Source: an uncultured Verrucomicrobiae bacterium
Lineage (GTDB): Bacteria > Verrucomicrobiota > Verrucomicrobiia > Opitutales > JABDGR01
Reading direction: 5' to 3'
Assembly (NCBI GenBank): GCA_963765205.1
Contig: CAVXVB010000009.1
Coordinates: 320,001 to 384,000, forward strand
Length of the DNA: 64,000 nt
The notes under the pieces were generated by a model. That model was not told where the DNA came from and did not search any database. It worked only from the letters and a program-made list of their open reading frames with translations. A program made the position numbers and the translations under genes. Below are positions 43,231 through 54,498 of the stretch, piece after piece; the stretch's first letter is position 1, and each line of letters starts with the position of its first letter.

Positions 43231-43428
43231 ATGACCTTCCTCGATTCCTCCGCCATCCGGTGGGCCGATTACGATTTCTTTTCTCAAGTGCTGACCATCC
43301 AGTTCACCGGCGGCGGGTCGCATTACAGCTTTTACCGCGTCCCGGCCTGGGTCTTTCATGAATTGATCCACGCCGCTTCGCCGGGCCGCTACTACCACGA
43401 GCATATCCGCGACCGCTATAGCCGATAA
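43231..43428 (+). CDS. KTSC-domain protein
   Basis: DSSAIR...YD...LTIQF.GG..YSFYRVP..VF.ELIHAASPGRYYHEHIRDRY. Confidence 0.88.
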   Translation: MTFLDSSAIRWADYDFFSQVLTIQFTGGGSHYSFYRVPAWVFHELIHAASPGRYYHEHIRDRYSR

Positions 43429-43432
43429 AACC

Positions 43433-44135
43433 ATGGCCCGCACCGGCAAAATCGCCCGCCTGCCCCGCGCCCTGCGCGAGGAGCTGAACCGCCACCTCGA
43501 CGAGGGCGAAGCGGGCGTGGACCTCGTCGCCTGGCTGAACGGCCGGCGCGGAGGTCCAGGCGGTCCTCGCGGCCTCCTTTGGCGGCCGCGCGATCAATGA
43601 GCAAAACCTCACCGAGTGGAAACAGGGCGGCTTTGCCGACTGGCGGCTGCACCAGGAGGCGCGCGCCTGGTTTGGCGGGCTGGTTGAACAAGCCGCGGAT
43701 TTGGGGGCGGACGCCGGCGCGGCCTCGGTGGCCGAACACCTGTCCGGGCCGCTGGCGGTGGCCTTGGGCCGGTGCGCCCAGCAGGCCGCCCTGGGCGCCG
43801 GCGCCGACCCCGAGCAGCGGAAGTTGCTGATTGGCGCCGCGCGGGAACTCAATCAATTGCGGCGCGGCGATCAGCTCGAACAACGCTTGCGTGCCGAACG
43901 CGAGGAGCGGGCCAGGCAACTGGCGCAGGAAGAGAAGAGGAAGCGATTGAACGCGGAGAGCGACGCCCGCTTAGCCCGGCAATTCCCAGACCTTTTCCCG
44001 GGCACGGAGACGGGGAGCGCCCGCGCGATTACTCCAGAATTGCGGGCGGTCTATTTGGAAATCAAAAAATTGCCCGGAGCCAAGCCCTGCCTGGCGGCGG
44101 CCGCGGCCCCGCCGAATCCGGCCAAATCAAAGTAA
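43433..44135 (+). CDS. DUF3486/Mu gp27-like protein, +1 frameshift near 43547
   Basis: MARTGKIARLPRALREELN...WLN / EVQAVLA..FGGRAINEQNLTEWKQGG. Confidence 0.6.
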
Positions 44136-44359
44136 ATCAAACCAAATCAAACCAAAAAAAGGCGGGGTGCGCCATTCCGGGTTGCCATTCCGGAATGTCC
44201 CAGTCCACGCAAACCAGGCGGCGACCCGCAATTCAGGCCCATTCGCAGCGAGTTGCTTTCGTCGTGGTGCATGGCTTTAAGGGCCGCTTCGATTCGATCA
44301 ATGAGCACCTTCTGCCGCCGTCCCCCCGCCCCGTCCCCTTAAAAATTACGGTGGCGCCG

Positions 44360-44426
44360 TAAGGATTTTCCCTAGGGAAACACCGCTTGAGCACCCATTT
44401 ACAGCATTCGCCGGTTTCAGTATAGT
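44360..44426 (+). promoter_or_regulatory. 15-bp box + sigma70-like promoter (site F)
   Basis: TAAGGATTTTCCCTA-23nt-TTTACA-17nt-TATAGT. Confidence 0.75.
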
Positions 44427-44467
44427 TGAGCCGGCCGATTAGCTTAACCATCAACCCAAACAAAACC

Positions 44468-44752
44468 ATGTTACCCGTTTACACCATTGATTACATCGTG
44501 TTCCCCCAGCACAGCACCCGCGTCTTGACCCACCGCACCGATGACCCGGTGGAAGTCGAGGACTTTTTGATGCACTTGCTCGCCACGGGCGCGCGCATCA
44601 AGGAAATCCGCCACGAGGGCGCCGCCCTGAGCGGCCATCAATTTCACCAGATGCTCAAGGTCGCCGCCAGCCGCATCGCCGCTCAAATGCTGCGCCAATC
44701 GCTCGACCTCGATGCGGTCAAGGTCAAGGACCGGTTTGGCTTCGCGTCCTAA
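44468..44752 (+). CDS. Small hypothetical protein
   Basis: 94-aa ORF with strong GC3 bias directly below site F. Confidence 0.7.
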   Translation: MLPVYTIDYIVFPQHSTRVLTHRTDDPVEVEDFLMHLLATGARIKEIRHEGAALSGHQFHQMLKVAASRIAAQMLRQSLDLDAVKVKDRFGFAS

Positions 44753-44897
44753 GGAAGCGAAAGCCCGGGAGCGTCCAAATTTACGGCCCTCCCGCCGCCG
44801 CGGGCAGGGTTGCGCCCCATCGAAGCCAACGCCTTCCGCCTAAAATACCGCCCTTGAGTTTGCCGGCCAACCCAACCGACCAAAGACGGATTGTCCC

Positions 44898-45637
<740 letters not shown>

Positions 45638-45641
<4 letters not shown>

Positions 45642-46936
45642 ATGCCGATGACCCAAAACCGGAAGCCCAACCCGCCGCGCCTGCGCCTAAAGTCCAGGCC
45701 GGGGAGCCGAAGCCCATGGCCAAAACAGATGAGCTTAAGCCGGCAGCCAAAGTGGTCGAACCCCAACCCGCCGCCAACACAGGCGAGCCAAAGCCCGTCG
45801 CGAAGACCGACGCGCCCAAGGCGGAAACCAACGCATCCAAGCCCCGCGGGGATTTCAGAAACAAAATCATTTTTAGCCTCGCAATCATCGGCCTGCTGGC
45901 CGGTTTGGGCGCGGCCTACTACTTTGGCCGGTTGCGGAAGCTCCCGCCGCCCGTGTTTAAGCCGGTCAGCAGCCCCTACGCTTCCGCCATCTTTGCCAAT
46001 GGCATGATCGAGAGCGAGCAGTCGAGCGGCGAAAACATCAACATCTTTCCGGAAGTTTCCGGCCCCATCACCCGGCTGCTGGTGAAAGAAGGTCAGAGCG
46101 TGACGGCCGGCGCGCCGCTGTTCTCCCTTGATGATTCAGTGCAGAAAGCAACCACCGAGCAACTCCGACTGCAGGCCGAAGCGGCCCAGGCGCTGCTGCA
46201 GGAACTCCAGGCGGAGCCGCGCGCGGAGACGCTGGCGGTGGCCGCGGCGCAAGTGGTGCAGGCCCAGGCCAATCTGAAGGCGGCCCAGGACCAATACGAC
46301 AAGGACCGCGCTTCCTACGACATTGCCCCGAAATCCATCAGCCAGGATGTGCTGGATACGGCGGCGGACGCCGTCCAGCAGGACGCCGCCGCGCTGGACG
46401 TGGCCCAAAAGCAATTTGACCTGACCAAGGCCGGGGCGTGGAGTTACGACATCGCCAACCAGCAGCGGACCTATGATGCGCTCGAGCAAGCCTACCAGTC
46501 GGCGAACGCGTTGCTGCAAAAATTTACGGTCAAAGCCCCCGTTGATGGAGTGGTGCTGACGGTGGCGGGCGCCGTCGGCAGCTATGTGTCGTCGCAGGGC
46601 GCCTATGACACCTACACCCAGGAATTCGACCCCCTCGTGGTCATGAGCGCGCCCCAGGATTATTTGGACGTGCGTTGTTATGTGGACGAGATCCTGATTT
46701 CCCGGCTGCCCTCGCATTTTCATATTCAAGCGCAGATGTCCATCTTGGGGTCCGAGCTGAAGGTGCCGCTGGAGTTCGTGCGCGTGGAACCTTACGTTTC
46801 GCCGAAAATTGAGCTCTCGAATGAGCGCCAGGAACAGGTGGACCTGCGGGTGCTGCCGGTGATTTTCCGCTTCGAGAAGAAGGACTTCCCGGTTTATCCC
46901 GGCCAGTTGGTGGATGTTTACATCGGCGCGCAATAG
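45638..46936 (+). CDS. HlyD-family membrane fusion protein
   Basis: N-terminal TM; SGPITRLLVKEGQSV; coiled hairpin; KAPVDGVV. Confidence 0.9.
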
Positions 46937-46968
46937 GGCCGCGATCAATGCCATTCCGAGCGAATGCG

Positions 46969-48453
46969 ATGAAATACTTGCGATCATCAATCCTGCCGGC
47001 CGTCGGCCTCACCCTCTGCATCGCGGTGGGCGGCGGTTGCGCGGTCGGCCCGGATTTCATCCCCCCCGCGCCGCCGCCTACGGACCGCTACACCAGCGAG
47101 GCGCAACCGGCCGATCCGGTCCCGGCGGACGGCCAGGTGCAGCATTTCTCGCCCGGGACTGTGCTGCCGGCCGATTGGTGGCGGCTGTTTAAGTCGGCGC
47201 AACTCGATGCGGTGGTCGGCAAAGCCGTCGCGGATAACCCAACCCTCCAGGCCTCCGAGGCCACCTTGCGTGAAAGTCAGGACAGCCTGCGCGCGGGCGA
47301 TGGCGTGTTCTACCCGCAAATTCAAGGCGGAGCATCCGCCTTTCGGGAGCGCACGGCGGCGTCGCAAAACGGCGCCGGGACTCCCGGCCGGATTTTCAAT
47401 CTGATAACGCTGAGCGGCACCATCAGCTATGCCATTGATGTGTTTGGGGGTGAGCGCCGCGCGGTGGAAAGTTTACAAGCCCAGGCCGACTATGCGGGTT
47501 ATGAGAGCCTGGCGGCGTATCTGGCATTGACGACGAATGTTGTTAACACCAGCATTGCGCGCGCCGCCTATGCGGCTGAGATTCGTGCAACCAAAGAATT
47601 AATCGAACTGCAGAACCAGCAACTTCTTCTTACTGAAGCACAGGTTCGCGCCGGCACCGCCCCCTATGCGAACGTGTTGAGTCTGCGCAGCCTGCTTGCC
47701 GCCAACCAGGCGGCGTTGGCGCCGCTGGAGCAGAATGTCAGCCAAGCTGAGCATTTGCTGGCGACGTTGGAAGGCGCGCTGCCCTCCCAGGTCACCCTGC
47801 CGGACATTGACTTGGCCGCCCTGACCCTGCCGGTGGACTTGCCGGTAAGCCTGCCGTCCGACTTGGTGAAACAGCGTCCGGACATTCTGGCGGCTCAGGC
47901 GCAAATGCATGAGGCCAGCGCGAAAATCGGCGTGGCAACCGCGGCGATGTTCCCCAGTTTCAGCCTGACCGGCGCCTATGGCGCCGCCGGCCCCAATCTT
48001 AGCGCGCTTTCGGCGGCCAGCGGCCAGTTCTGGAGCATCGGCCCCTCCGCCACGGTGCCCCTCTTTCAAGGGGGAAGTTTGTGGTATGGCCGGAGTGCGG
48101 CCATTGACGCCTACCAGCAGTCGCAGGCCATTTATCGTCAAACCGTGTTGGGCGCGTTTGCGCAAGTTGCGGATTCCCTGAAGGCGCTGGAGCACGACGC
48201 CGAGGCGCTCCAGGCCCAGACCGAAGCCAGGAACGCCGCCGGCGACGCCCTCAATCTTTTGCAGGCCAATTACCGGGCGGGGTTGGTGGACTACCTGGAG
48301 GTGTTCACGGCCGACGTGCAATTCCACCAGGCGACCATCGCCTACCTGCAGGCGGTCGCGCTGCGCTACCAGGACACCGTCGCTTTGTTCGCCGCGCTGG
48401 GCGGCGGCTGGTGGAATGAACCGGCGGCAACCGGCCAAGGAGGGTTGCCATGA
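46969..48453 (+). CDS. NodT/TolC-family outer-membrane efflux lipoprotein
   Basis: GCAVGPDF, DWWRLF, QRPDILAA, LFAALGGGW. Confidence 0.93.
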   Translation: MKYLRSSILPAVGLTLCIAVGGGCAVGPDFIPPAPPPTDRYTSEAQPADPVPADGQVQHFSPGTVLPADWWRLFKSAQLDAVVGKAVADNPTLQASEATLRESQDSLRAGDGVFYPQIQGGASAFRERTAASQNGAGTPGRIFNLITLSGTISYAIDVFGGERRAVESLQAQADYAGYESLAAYLALTTNVVNTSIARAAYAAEIRATKELIELQNQQLLLTEAQVRAGTAPYANVLSLRSLLAANQAALAPLEQNVSQAEHLLATLEGALPSQVTLPDIDLAALTLPVDLPVSLPSDLVKQRPDILAAQAQMHEASAKIGVATAAMFPSFSLTGAYGAAGPNLSALSAASGQFWSIGPSATVPLFQGGSLWYGRSAAIDAYQQSQAIYRQTVLGAFAQVADSLKALEHDAEALQAQTEARNAAGDALNLLQANYRAGLVDYLEVFTADVQFHQATIAYLQAVALRYQDTVALFAALGGGWWNEPAATGQGGLP

Positions 48454-49592
48454 AATACAGTGGCATTCTACGCATTGGGTTCAAGCTGCTGGTGAACGAC
48501 AAAGCGAAGTTCACCGCGCTGTTGATGGGGATCACCTTCGCGGTGTTCCTGATGATGCTGATGACGGCGATGTTCGCCGGCATCCTCAACCGCGCCTATT
48601 CGAATGTCACCAATATCGGGGGTGCGATGTGGGTCATGGATCCGGGGGTCAACACCCCCACCAGCGCAATTCCGATGCCCGATTATGTATTGGACGCGGT
48701 GCGCAGCATGGACGGGGTCAGTTACGCGGTGCCCCTCTTTGTCGGGGGCGCGCTGGTCCGGCTCACCAGCGGCGACTATCAATCGGTCAATGTCATCGGT
48801 TTGGATGACGACAGCCTGTTTGGCCGCCCCGAACTTGAACAGGGCAGCATTCAGGACATTTATGCCGACAACACCTTCATCGGGGTGGACGACTCTGAAT
48901 TCACGAAGCTGGAAAATCCGAAGATCGGCACCTCGTTCGAACTCAATGACCACCGCGGCACGATTGTGGGCATCGCCAAGGTCGCCGCGAACGGCCTCAA
49001 TGGCGTGCCGACGCTCTACACCACCTACAACCGCGCCATCGAATACCTCCCGTCCACGCGGTTCACCATGTCCTATGTGATTGTGCAGCCGAAGAATGAC
49101 GCGGCCGTGGCCGGGATCGAGCAGCAGGTCGCCCAGCTCGGCTATGTCGCTTACACCAAGGCCGAATTCAACCAACGGATCGCCAATTATTATACCTACC
49201 AGACCGGCATTGGCATCAACGTGCTGTTCATGACCGTGATGAGCTTTATTGTGGGGCTGTCCATCTCGGGCCAGACCTTTTACACCTTCATCCTTGAAAA
49301 CCTGGAGAAATTTGGCGCGCTCAAAGCCATTGGCGCCAAGAATCGAGAGTTGGTTTACATGATCCTGTTCATGGCGACTGTGACGGCGCTCACCGGCTAT
49401 GGTTTGGGCATCGGGTTGGTGACGTTGGTGATCGCGATTGGTCGCGCCCGGCTGGCCAACTACGCGGCAATTGTCACCTTCTGGAATATCAGTCTGGCCC
49501 TTTGCATGGTCATCCTGATTGCCGGCATCTCCAGTTATGTCGGCATCCGCAAAGTCCTTAAAATCGAGCCGTTCGACATTTTCCGGGGTTAG
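48450..49592 (+). CDS. ABC exporter permease (FtsX/DevC-like)
   Basis: N-terminal TM, periplasmic domain, FGALKAIGA, 3 C-terminal TMs. Confidence 0.9.
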   Translation: MKYSGILRIGFKLLVNDKAKFTALLMGITFAVFLMMLMTAMFAGILNRAYSNVTNIGGAMWVMDPGVNTPTSAIPMPDYVLDAVRSMDGVSYAVPLFVGGALVRLTSGDYQSVNVIGLDDDSLFGRPELEQGSIQDIYADNTFIGVDDSEFTKLENPKIGTSFELNDHRGTIVGIAKVAANGLNGVPTLYTTYNRAIEYLPSTRFTMSYVIVQPKNDAAVAGIEQQVAQLGYVAYTKAEFNQRIANYYTYQTGIGINVLFMTVMSFIVGLSISGQTFYTFILENLEKFGALKAIGAKNRELVYMILFMATVTALTGYGLGIGLVTLVIAIGRARLANYAAIVTFWNISLALCMVILIAGISSYVGIRKVLKIEPFDIFRG

Positions 49593-49593
49593 T

Positions 49594-49992
49594 TCATTCA
49601 CTGATTTCACCTTCGCGGTTGGCTTGGCGCATTTGCTCCCGCCCGGCGGCTTGGACGCCCCGCTCGACGAGCCTCTCCGCATCGCTGCGCCCTTCGTTGT
49701 CTTCATCGTCACCGGTGGGGACTTGCACTTTGTATCCAATTGAGCCGGTCAGGGGATCCCAGCGTTCGGATTCGGCCGCTGAAGGCTGCGTCGTTTCCGA
49801 TGGCTCCGGTTCAGATTCGATCCGCAATTCCCGCTTCGCCTGCTCCCAATCGGACTTCGACACATCCTGCGCGGAACGGCCCTTGCGGTAGGCCAGTTCG
49901 ACCGCTCGCTCGCGGGCCAGCTTGCGGCTCGCCTTGCTGCGGTCGGGGGAGTTTTCAGTCAGGGCATGTTGCTTTAGGGAATTGTTTTTCAT
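49594..49992 (-). CDS. DUF2934-like hypothetical protein
   Basis: RERAVELAY...DWEQAKREL. Confidence 0.6.
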   Translation of the reverse strand: MKNNSLKQHALTENSPDRSKASRKLARERAVELAYRKGRSAQDVSKSDWEQAKRELRIESEPEPSETTQPSAAESERWDPLTGSIGYKVQVPTGDDEDNEGRSDAERLVERGVQAAGREQMRQANREGEISE

Positions 49993-50093
49993 GGCAAATT
50001 ATTCCTGTCCAGTAGAAAGGGGTGGATGTTGAGCAGGGTGTTTATCTCGCGCGCACCGCGATCCGCCGGCGCCGGCGGTGGAGAGGAAAAAGA

Positions 50094-50549
50094 TTACGCC
50101 GTCTGGGGGCTGAAGCTGGCGCGGTCATCGGCTTCGAGCCAGTCGAACGTGGTGCTCTTTTCGGGATTCAGCCCGAGTTTGGTGCAATTCTCGATGAAGC
50201 CCGCGCGTTTCTCTGGATTTTTCATCGGGCTGCCGGCTTCCACTTCATCCGACCAGGCTTTGATTTCCGCCGGCGTTTTCGCCATGCCGTTGGCTAGGAG
50301 CCAGGCGCCGACTTGCTCATAATTTTCCGAGTTTTGCACGACGGCCTTGAATTGCGCGCCGTTGATCCCCTTGAAGGTGAAGAGCATATTGTCCAGCGGA
50401 CAATCGTAATGGTATTCGCCGAGTGTGCCAGCCACGCTGGCGCGGCATTTATCAATGGCCCGGTTGGCAATGGCAAAGCCGGCGAGGCGCTCGCGCGGGC
50501 TGTGCGGGGCATGGCGGGTGAGGTCACGGGCGATAATGGTGGTGTTCAT
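50094..50549 (-). CDS. DUF5069-family protein, copy 2
   Basis: DLTRHAPHSPRERLAGF...DKCRA...GEYHYDCPLD. Confidence 0.8.
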   Translation of the reverse strand: MNTTIIARDLTRHAPHSPRERLAGFAIANRAIDKCRASVAGTLGEYHYDCPLDNMLFTFKGINGAQFKAVVQNSENYEQVGAWLLANGMAKTPAEIKAWSDEVEAGSPMKNPEKRAGFIENCTKLGLNPEKSTTFDWLEADDRASFSPQTA

Positions 50550-50593
50550 ATATTTTATTTTTCTGTTAGTTGAAGAAAAAGATCCGATTTCCA

Positions 50594-50851
50594 CTATTTG
50601 CGATTGGGATAGCCATGTGTCCGGGTGAGGGTGCGCTCCTGGATCAATTTCGCCTCCGCCTCCAGCCAGTGCCGTTCATGGTTTCCGTGCAGCGAGCCTT
50701 GGTGGACAAAACTGGCGTAGGCGCGGGCGGCCACGTCTGCAGCGGAGGGCCGGGAATCATGGGTGTCTTGGTTTAATTCTCCGGCGGAAGCCACATGGGC
50801 CGCGCCGGCGGGTTTTTGATTTTGATCCTGATAGTAATGACGGGTTTTCAT
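50594..50851 (-). CDS. DUF2934-family protein
   Basis: DVAARAYASFVHQGSLHGNHERHWLEAEAKL. Confidence 0.75.
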   Translation of the reverse strand: MKTRHYYQDQNQKPAGAAHVASAGELNQDTHDSRPSAADVAARAYASFVHQGSLHGNHERHWLEAEAKLIQERTLTRTHGYPNRK

Positions 50852-50884
50852 ACGGGGAGCATAGCCCATGCACCGATGTATCCA

Positions 50885-50937
50885 CCATGGGGTGTTACCC
50901 CACTGGCAGGCCGGCTTGGTGGGGTAACACCCCATGG
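50885..50937. promoter_or_regulatory. Perfect 19-bp inverted repeat holding two 15-bp boxes between divergent genes
   Basis: CCATGGGGTGTTACCCCAC-N15-GTGGGGTAACACCCCATGG. Confidence 0.7.
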
Positions 50938-51025
50938 CGGTTGTGGCACAACGCATATATTATCCTTGCGCCAAATCCATGAAATCACTCCCGCATTCTC
51001 TGAAACAGGCCAACTTTTGAAAAAC

Positions 51026-51643
51026 ATGAACAGTGCATCCTGTGACAATCTGGGCGCGTGGTTCAGCGCCATGCGCGAGCGTTTCGCCTGTACTCACGAA
51101 CCGGCTAAGGAAAAGGACGTTGTTCCAGTCCAGCCCACCGCTGTGGCCGGTCGTAAACATGCCAACCCGTCGCTGTCCGTTGTCATTGTTTACAACGACA
51201 AGCACGCCGCGCTGCGGGCGGCGGAAGCGCTCGTACGCCTGGGTCGCAATTTCGGCGGCGAAGTGCGACAGCGGTTCATGTCCGTGCCGGTTGCCCAGTT
51301 GGACGACGCCACCCGCTTTGACCGGCTGCTCTTTGAGGCCCATTTGGCAGACATGATTATTGTTTCCTACAACGGTTCGAAGGATTTCCCGGTGACACTC
51401 AAAAAATGGATCGCGGATTGCCTCGTGCAGAAGCGCGCGGGACCCTCGGCCCTCGTGGCCCTGTTGAGTTCCAATGAGGTGTTGGACGCGCCCGATTCAC
51501 CCCGCTATCAATTTTTGAAAAATGCCTCCTGGGCCGCGGAATTGAATTTCTTTGCCCCCGGCCCCGACGCTGCGGAAGAAGCGGCGGGCGCGGACGCCAA
51601 AATCCTCGAACGAGCTGATTCCGGCTACCGCAACGGCCAATGA
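51026..51643 (+). CDS. Uncharacterised alpha/beta protein, copy 2
   Basis: Paralog of 12336-12848. Confidence 0.75.
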   Translation: MNSASCDNLGAWFSAMRERFACTHEPAKEKDVVPVQPTAVAGRKHANPSLSVVIVYNDKHAALRAAEALVRLGRNFGGEVRQRFMSVPVAQLDDATRFDRLLFEAHLADMIIVSYNGSKDFPVTLKKWIADCLVQKRAGPSALVALLSSNEVLDAPDSPRYQFLKNASWAAELNFFAPGPDAAEEAAGADAKILERADSGYRNGQ

Positions 51644-51674
51644 AGAACACGCCATCTGGGGTCCACGGTTCACC

Positions 51675-52847
51675 ATGAATGCGCAAACAACCCACACCTC
51701 CGCCTCGGCCATCCCAACGCGGCTGCGTCCCCAATCCACCAGCCAACAAATCCTGGCGGACATATTTACCGCCGGCGGCATCCATTTGGGTGGCCAGCGG
51801 CCCTGGGACATCCGCATCAAAGATAATCGTTTCTATGGACGGGTGCTCGCGCGAGGTACACTGGGCTTCGGCGAAGCCTACATGGATGGTTGGTGGGACT
51901 GCGATGCCCTTGATGAGATGTGTTTCCGTGCGATACGGGCCAACCTGACCAAACATGTCCGGCTCGACTTGCGCACAATCATGGCGGTCGGCGCGACGTT
52001 GCTGGTCAACCTGCAAAGCTGTGCGCGGGCGCGTATGGTCGGCCGGCGTCACTACGATCTTGGCAATGACTTATTTGAAGCGATGCTCGGCCCCTCCATG
52101 CAATATTCGTGCGGTTATTTTCAGGGCACCGATGATCTGGCCACGGCCCAACGGTTGAAAATGGATTTAATTTGCCGCAAACTCGGCCTGCGGCCGGGGA
52201 TGCGCCTGCTCGATATCGGTTGCGGCTGGGGCGGGTTGGCGAAGCACGTGGCGGAAAATTATGGTTGCGTTGTCGTCGGGGTGACCATCTCCCGGGAACA
52301 ACAAGCCTACGCCAGAAATCTTTGCCGCAGCCTGCCCGTCGAAATCCGCCTGCAGGACTATCGTGAAGTCAACGAGCCTTTTGACCGCATTGTCAGCGTC
52401 GGCATGATGGAGCATGTGGGGCCCAAGAATTACCGCGGTTTTATGCGGGTCGCCCGACGGTGTCTCAGCGAGGAAGGACTGTTCCTCTGCCACACCATTG
52501 GCGACAGCGTGTCAGCCATCCGCCCCGATCCCTGGATCGCCCGTTACATCTTTCCCAACTCGCTGCTGCCTTCCCTCGCTCAAATCGCCCGCGCGGCGGA
52601 AGGACTGTTCGTGATTGAAGATGTGCATGGATTCGGCGCCAGTTATGACCACACCCTGCTGGCCTGGGAGCGTAATATTCAGCAGGCGTGGCCGCGGCTC
52701 AAAGACCGCTATGGAGAGCGGTTCCAGCGCATGTGGCGGTATTATCTGCTCGGCTGCGCGGGAGCGTTCCGGGCCCGCCATATCCAACTTTTCCAGTGCC
52801 TCTTTTCCACGCGAGGCGTCCTGGGGGGATATGTGGCCCCGCGCTGA
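51675..52847 (+). CDS. cfa: Cyclopropane-fatty-acyl-phospholipid synthase
   Basis: GFGEAYMDGWW, HYDLGNDLF, LLDIGCGWG, YIFPNS, RMWRYYL. Confidence 0.93.
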   Translation: MNAQTTHTSASAIPTRLRPQSTSQQILADIFTAGGIHLGGQRPWDIRIKDNRFYGRVLARGTLGFGEAYMDGWWDCDALDEMCFRAIRANLTKHVRLDLRTIMAVGATLLVNLQSCARARMVGRRHYDLGNDLFEAMLGPSMQYSCGYFQGTDDLATAQRLKMDLICRKLGLRPGMRLLDIGCGWGGLAKHVAENYGCVVVGVTISREQQAYARNLCRSLPVEIRLQDYREVNEPFDRIVSVGMMEHVGPKNYRGFMRVARRCLSEEGLFLCHTIGDSVSAIRPDPWIARYIFPNSLLPSLAQIARAAEGLFVIEDVHGFGASYDHTLLAWERNIQQAWPRLKDRYGERFQRMWRYYLLGCAGAFRARHIQLFQCLFSTRGVLGGYVAPR

Positions 52848-53023
52848 CCTGGGCCGGCGCGAGGGTTAATCATCGTGCCAGATCTCCCCTGGATTAGTCC
52901 ACGTTGGCAAACCTTGGTATTTGACATTTTGGCTAGACGTTTGGCTTGGATTGCGACCAGAATCACGGTGCCTGGCTCGTCTCCTCGCGGGGCAACCTCT
53001 TCGACGGCTGCCGGCCATTTTTT

Positions 53024-53419
53024 ATGCGTGTTACCTTTCGACAAATTCTCGCGCGGGGGCTGCGGCGGCAGTGTCCGAATTGCGGCGGCCCGCTGGTATT
53101 CGGCCCGAAAATGCGCCTGCCGGAGCGCTGCCCGCAATGCGCCGCGCGCTGGGACCGCGGTAATGGATTTTTTCTCGGCGCGATGGTGTGGAATTATGGC
53201 GTGACGGTGTTCGGGCTGCTGGCGCTGGTGCTCTTCTTGGCCAGCCGGGGCTGGTTGCCGGTGAGCGTGGCCATCGGACTGGGCGTGGGCATCGCGCTCG
53301 TCTTTCCTTGGCTGTTTTATAAAATTTCGTGGAGCCTCTGGATCACATCCTATTATCTGGTGCTGCCCAACGAATTGCCGGCCAATGCCGACGAAGAACA
53401 TCCTGCTTTGCGCCGATGA
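53024..53419 (+). CDS. DUF983-family Zn-ribbon membrane protein
   Basis: CPNCG...CPQC followed by two TMs. Confidence 0.75.
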   Translation: MRVTFRQILARGLRRQCPNCGGPLVFGPKMRLPERCPQCAARWDRGNGFFLGAMVWNYGVTVFGLLALVLFLASRGWLPVSVAIGLGVGIALVFPWLFYKISWSLWITSYYLVLPNELPANADEEHPALRR

Positions 53420-54342
53420 AGAAAAAGAAATCCGCTCCGGCCCGCCGTGCTCCGGGCGTCATTGACGTCCACACGCACGCCTACCCACCCGAAATTTTTG
53501 CCGACCCGGCGGGCTGGGCGCGCGCGCGCGGCGAACACCATTGGGCCGCCCTGGTGGGGCCGCGCGCCGATGGCCGGCGCTCGCTCCAGGGCTTTGCCGA
53601 CCGCGGTGCAATGCTGCGCGCGATGGATGCCGCTGGGGTAGAGCGCTGTGTGCTGCTAGGCTGGTATTGGGAGCGCCACGAGACGTGCGTCTGGCACAAT
53701 GCGGTGATGGCGGAGTGGTTGCGCGCCAGCCCGGACCGTTTTGGCGCCTTCGCCAGTGTCCAACCCCTCGCCGGCACGGCGGCGCTGGAAGATTTGCGCC
53801 GGGTGCGTGATGAGGGCTTTTGCGGCGTCGGCGAAATTTTTCCCGCTGCCCAGGGATTCGCCATGGACGACCCGGAATGGGGATGTGTGCTGGCCTGGGC
53901 CGCAGAGGAAAAATGGCCCGTCAACCTGCATGTCCCCGAGCCGGCCGGGCGCGATTATCCGGGCTACATGGCCGCGCCGCTGCGCGATTACCAGCGCCTG
54001 GCCCGTGCGCACCCGCGCAACACTTTCATCTTCGCGCACTGGGGCGGGCTGCTGCCGCTGCTGGCGCTGAATTCGGCCGTGCGCGCCGATTTGCGCAACG
54101 TGCATTTCGACTCCGCCGCCAGCCCGCTGCTGTATGACGCCTTAGTTTACCGCCGGGTGGCGGACGCGGTCGGCGCGGAGCGCATTTTGTTCGGCAGCGA
54201 TTATCCACTCCGCGTCTTTCCGCGCGAACAGCGCGAGCCGGATTTCGCGCGGCCGCTGGCGGAGGCAAGGAAATCGGGACTAACAACAGACGAACTGGCA
54301 CAGGTATTGGGTGGCAACGCGCGAAAGTTGCTGGGGTGGTAG
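53416..54342 (+). CDS. Amidohydrolase_2 family protein
   Basis: IDVHTH, FAHWGG, ILFGSDYP, GGNARKL. Confidence 0.9.
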   Translation: MKKKKSAPARRAPGVIDVHTHAYPPEIFADPAGWARARGEHHWAALVGPRADGRRSLQGFADRGAMLRAMDAAGVERCVLLGWYWERHETCVWHNAVMAEWLRASPDRFGAFASVQPLAGTAALEDLRRVRDEGFCGVGEIFPAAQGFAMDDPEWGCVLAWAAEEKWPVNLHVPEPAGRDYPGYMAAPLRDYQRLARAHPRNTFIFAHWGGLLPLLALNSAVRADLRNVHFDSAASPLLYDALVYRRVADAVGAERILFGSDYPLRVFPREQREPDFARPLAEARKSGLTTDELAQVLGGNARKLLGW

Positions 54343-54441
54343 TCCGTTTTAATACCCAAGCCAAGGGATTCACTGCCCGCATGGCCTCCATTAGCGGCGT
54401 GAATTGTCAGGCGGGTTATCAAGTTGGCTGGCGCGCGCCCC

Positions 54442-54481
54442 TTGACATTACCGAACTTTCAGTATATACCGAAAGTATAAT
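54442..54481 (+). promoter_or_regulatory. Promoter with palindromic operator, copy 1
   Basis: TTGACA at 54442; ACTTTC-N10-GAAAGT at 54455-54476. Confidence 0.75.
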
Positions 54482-54498
54482 CCTTAAACCACTCCCCC

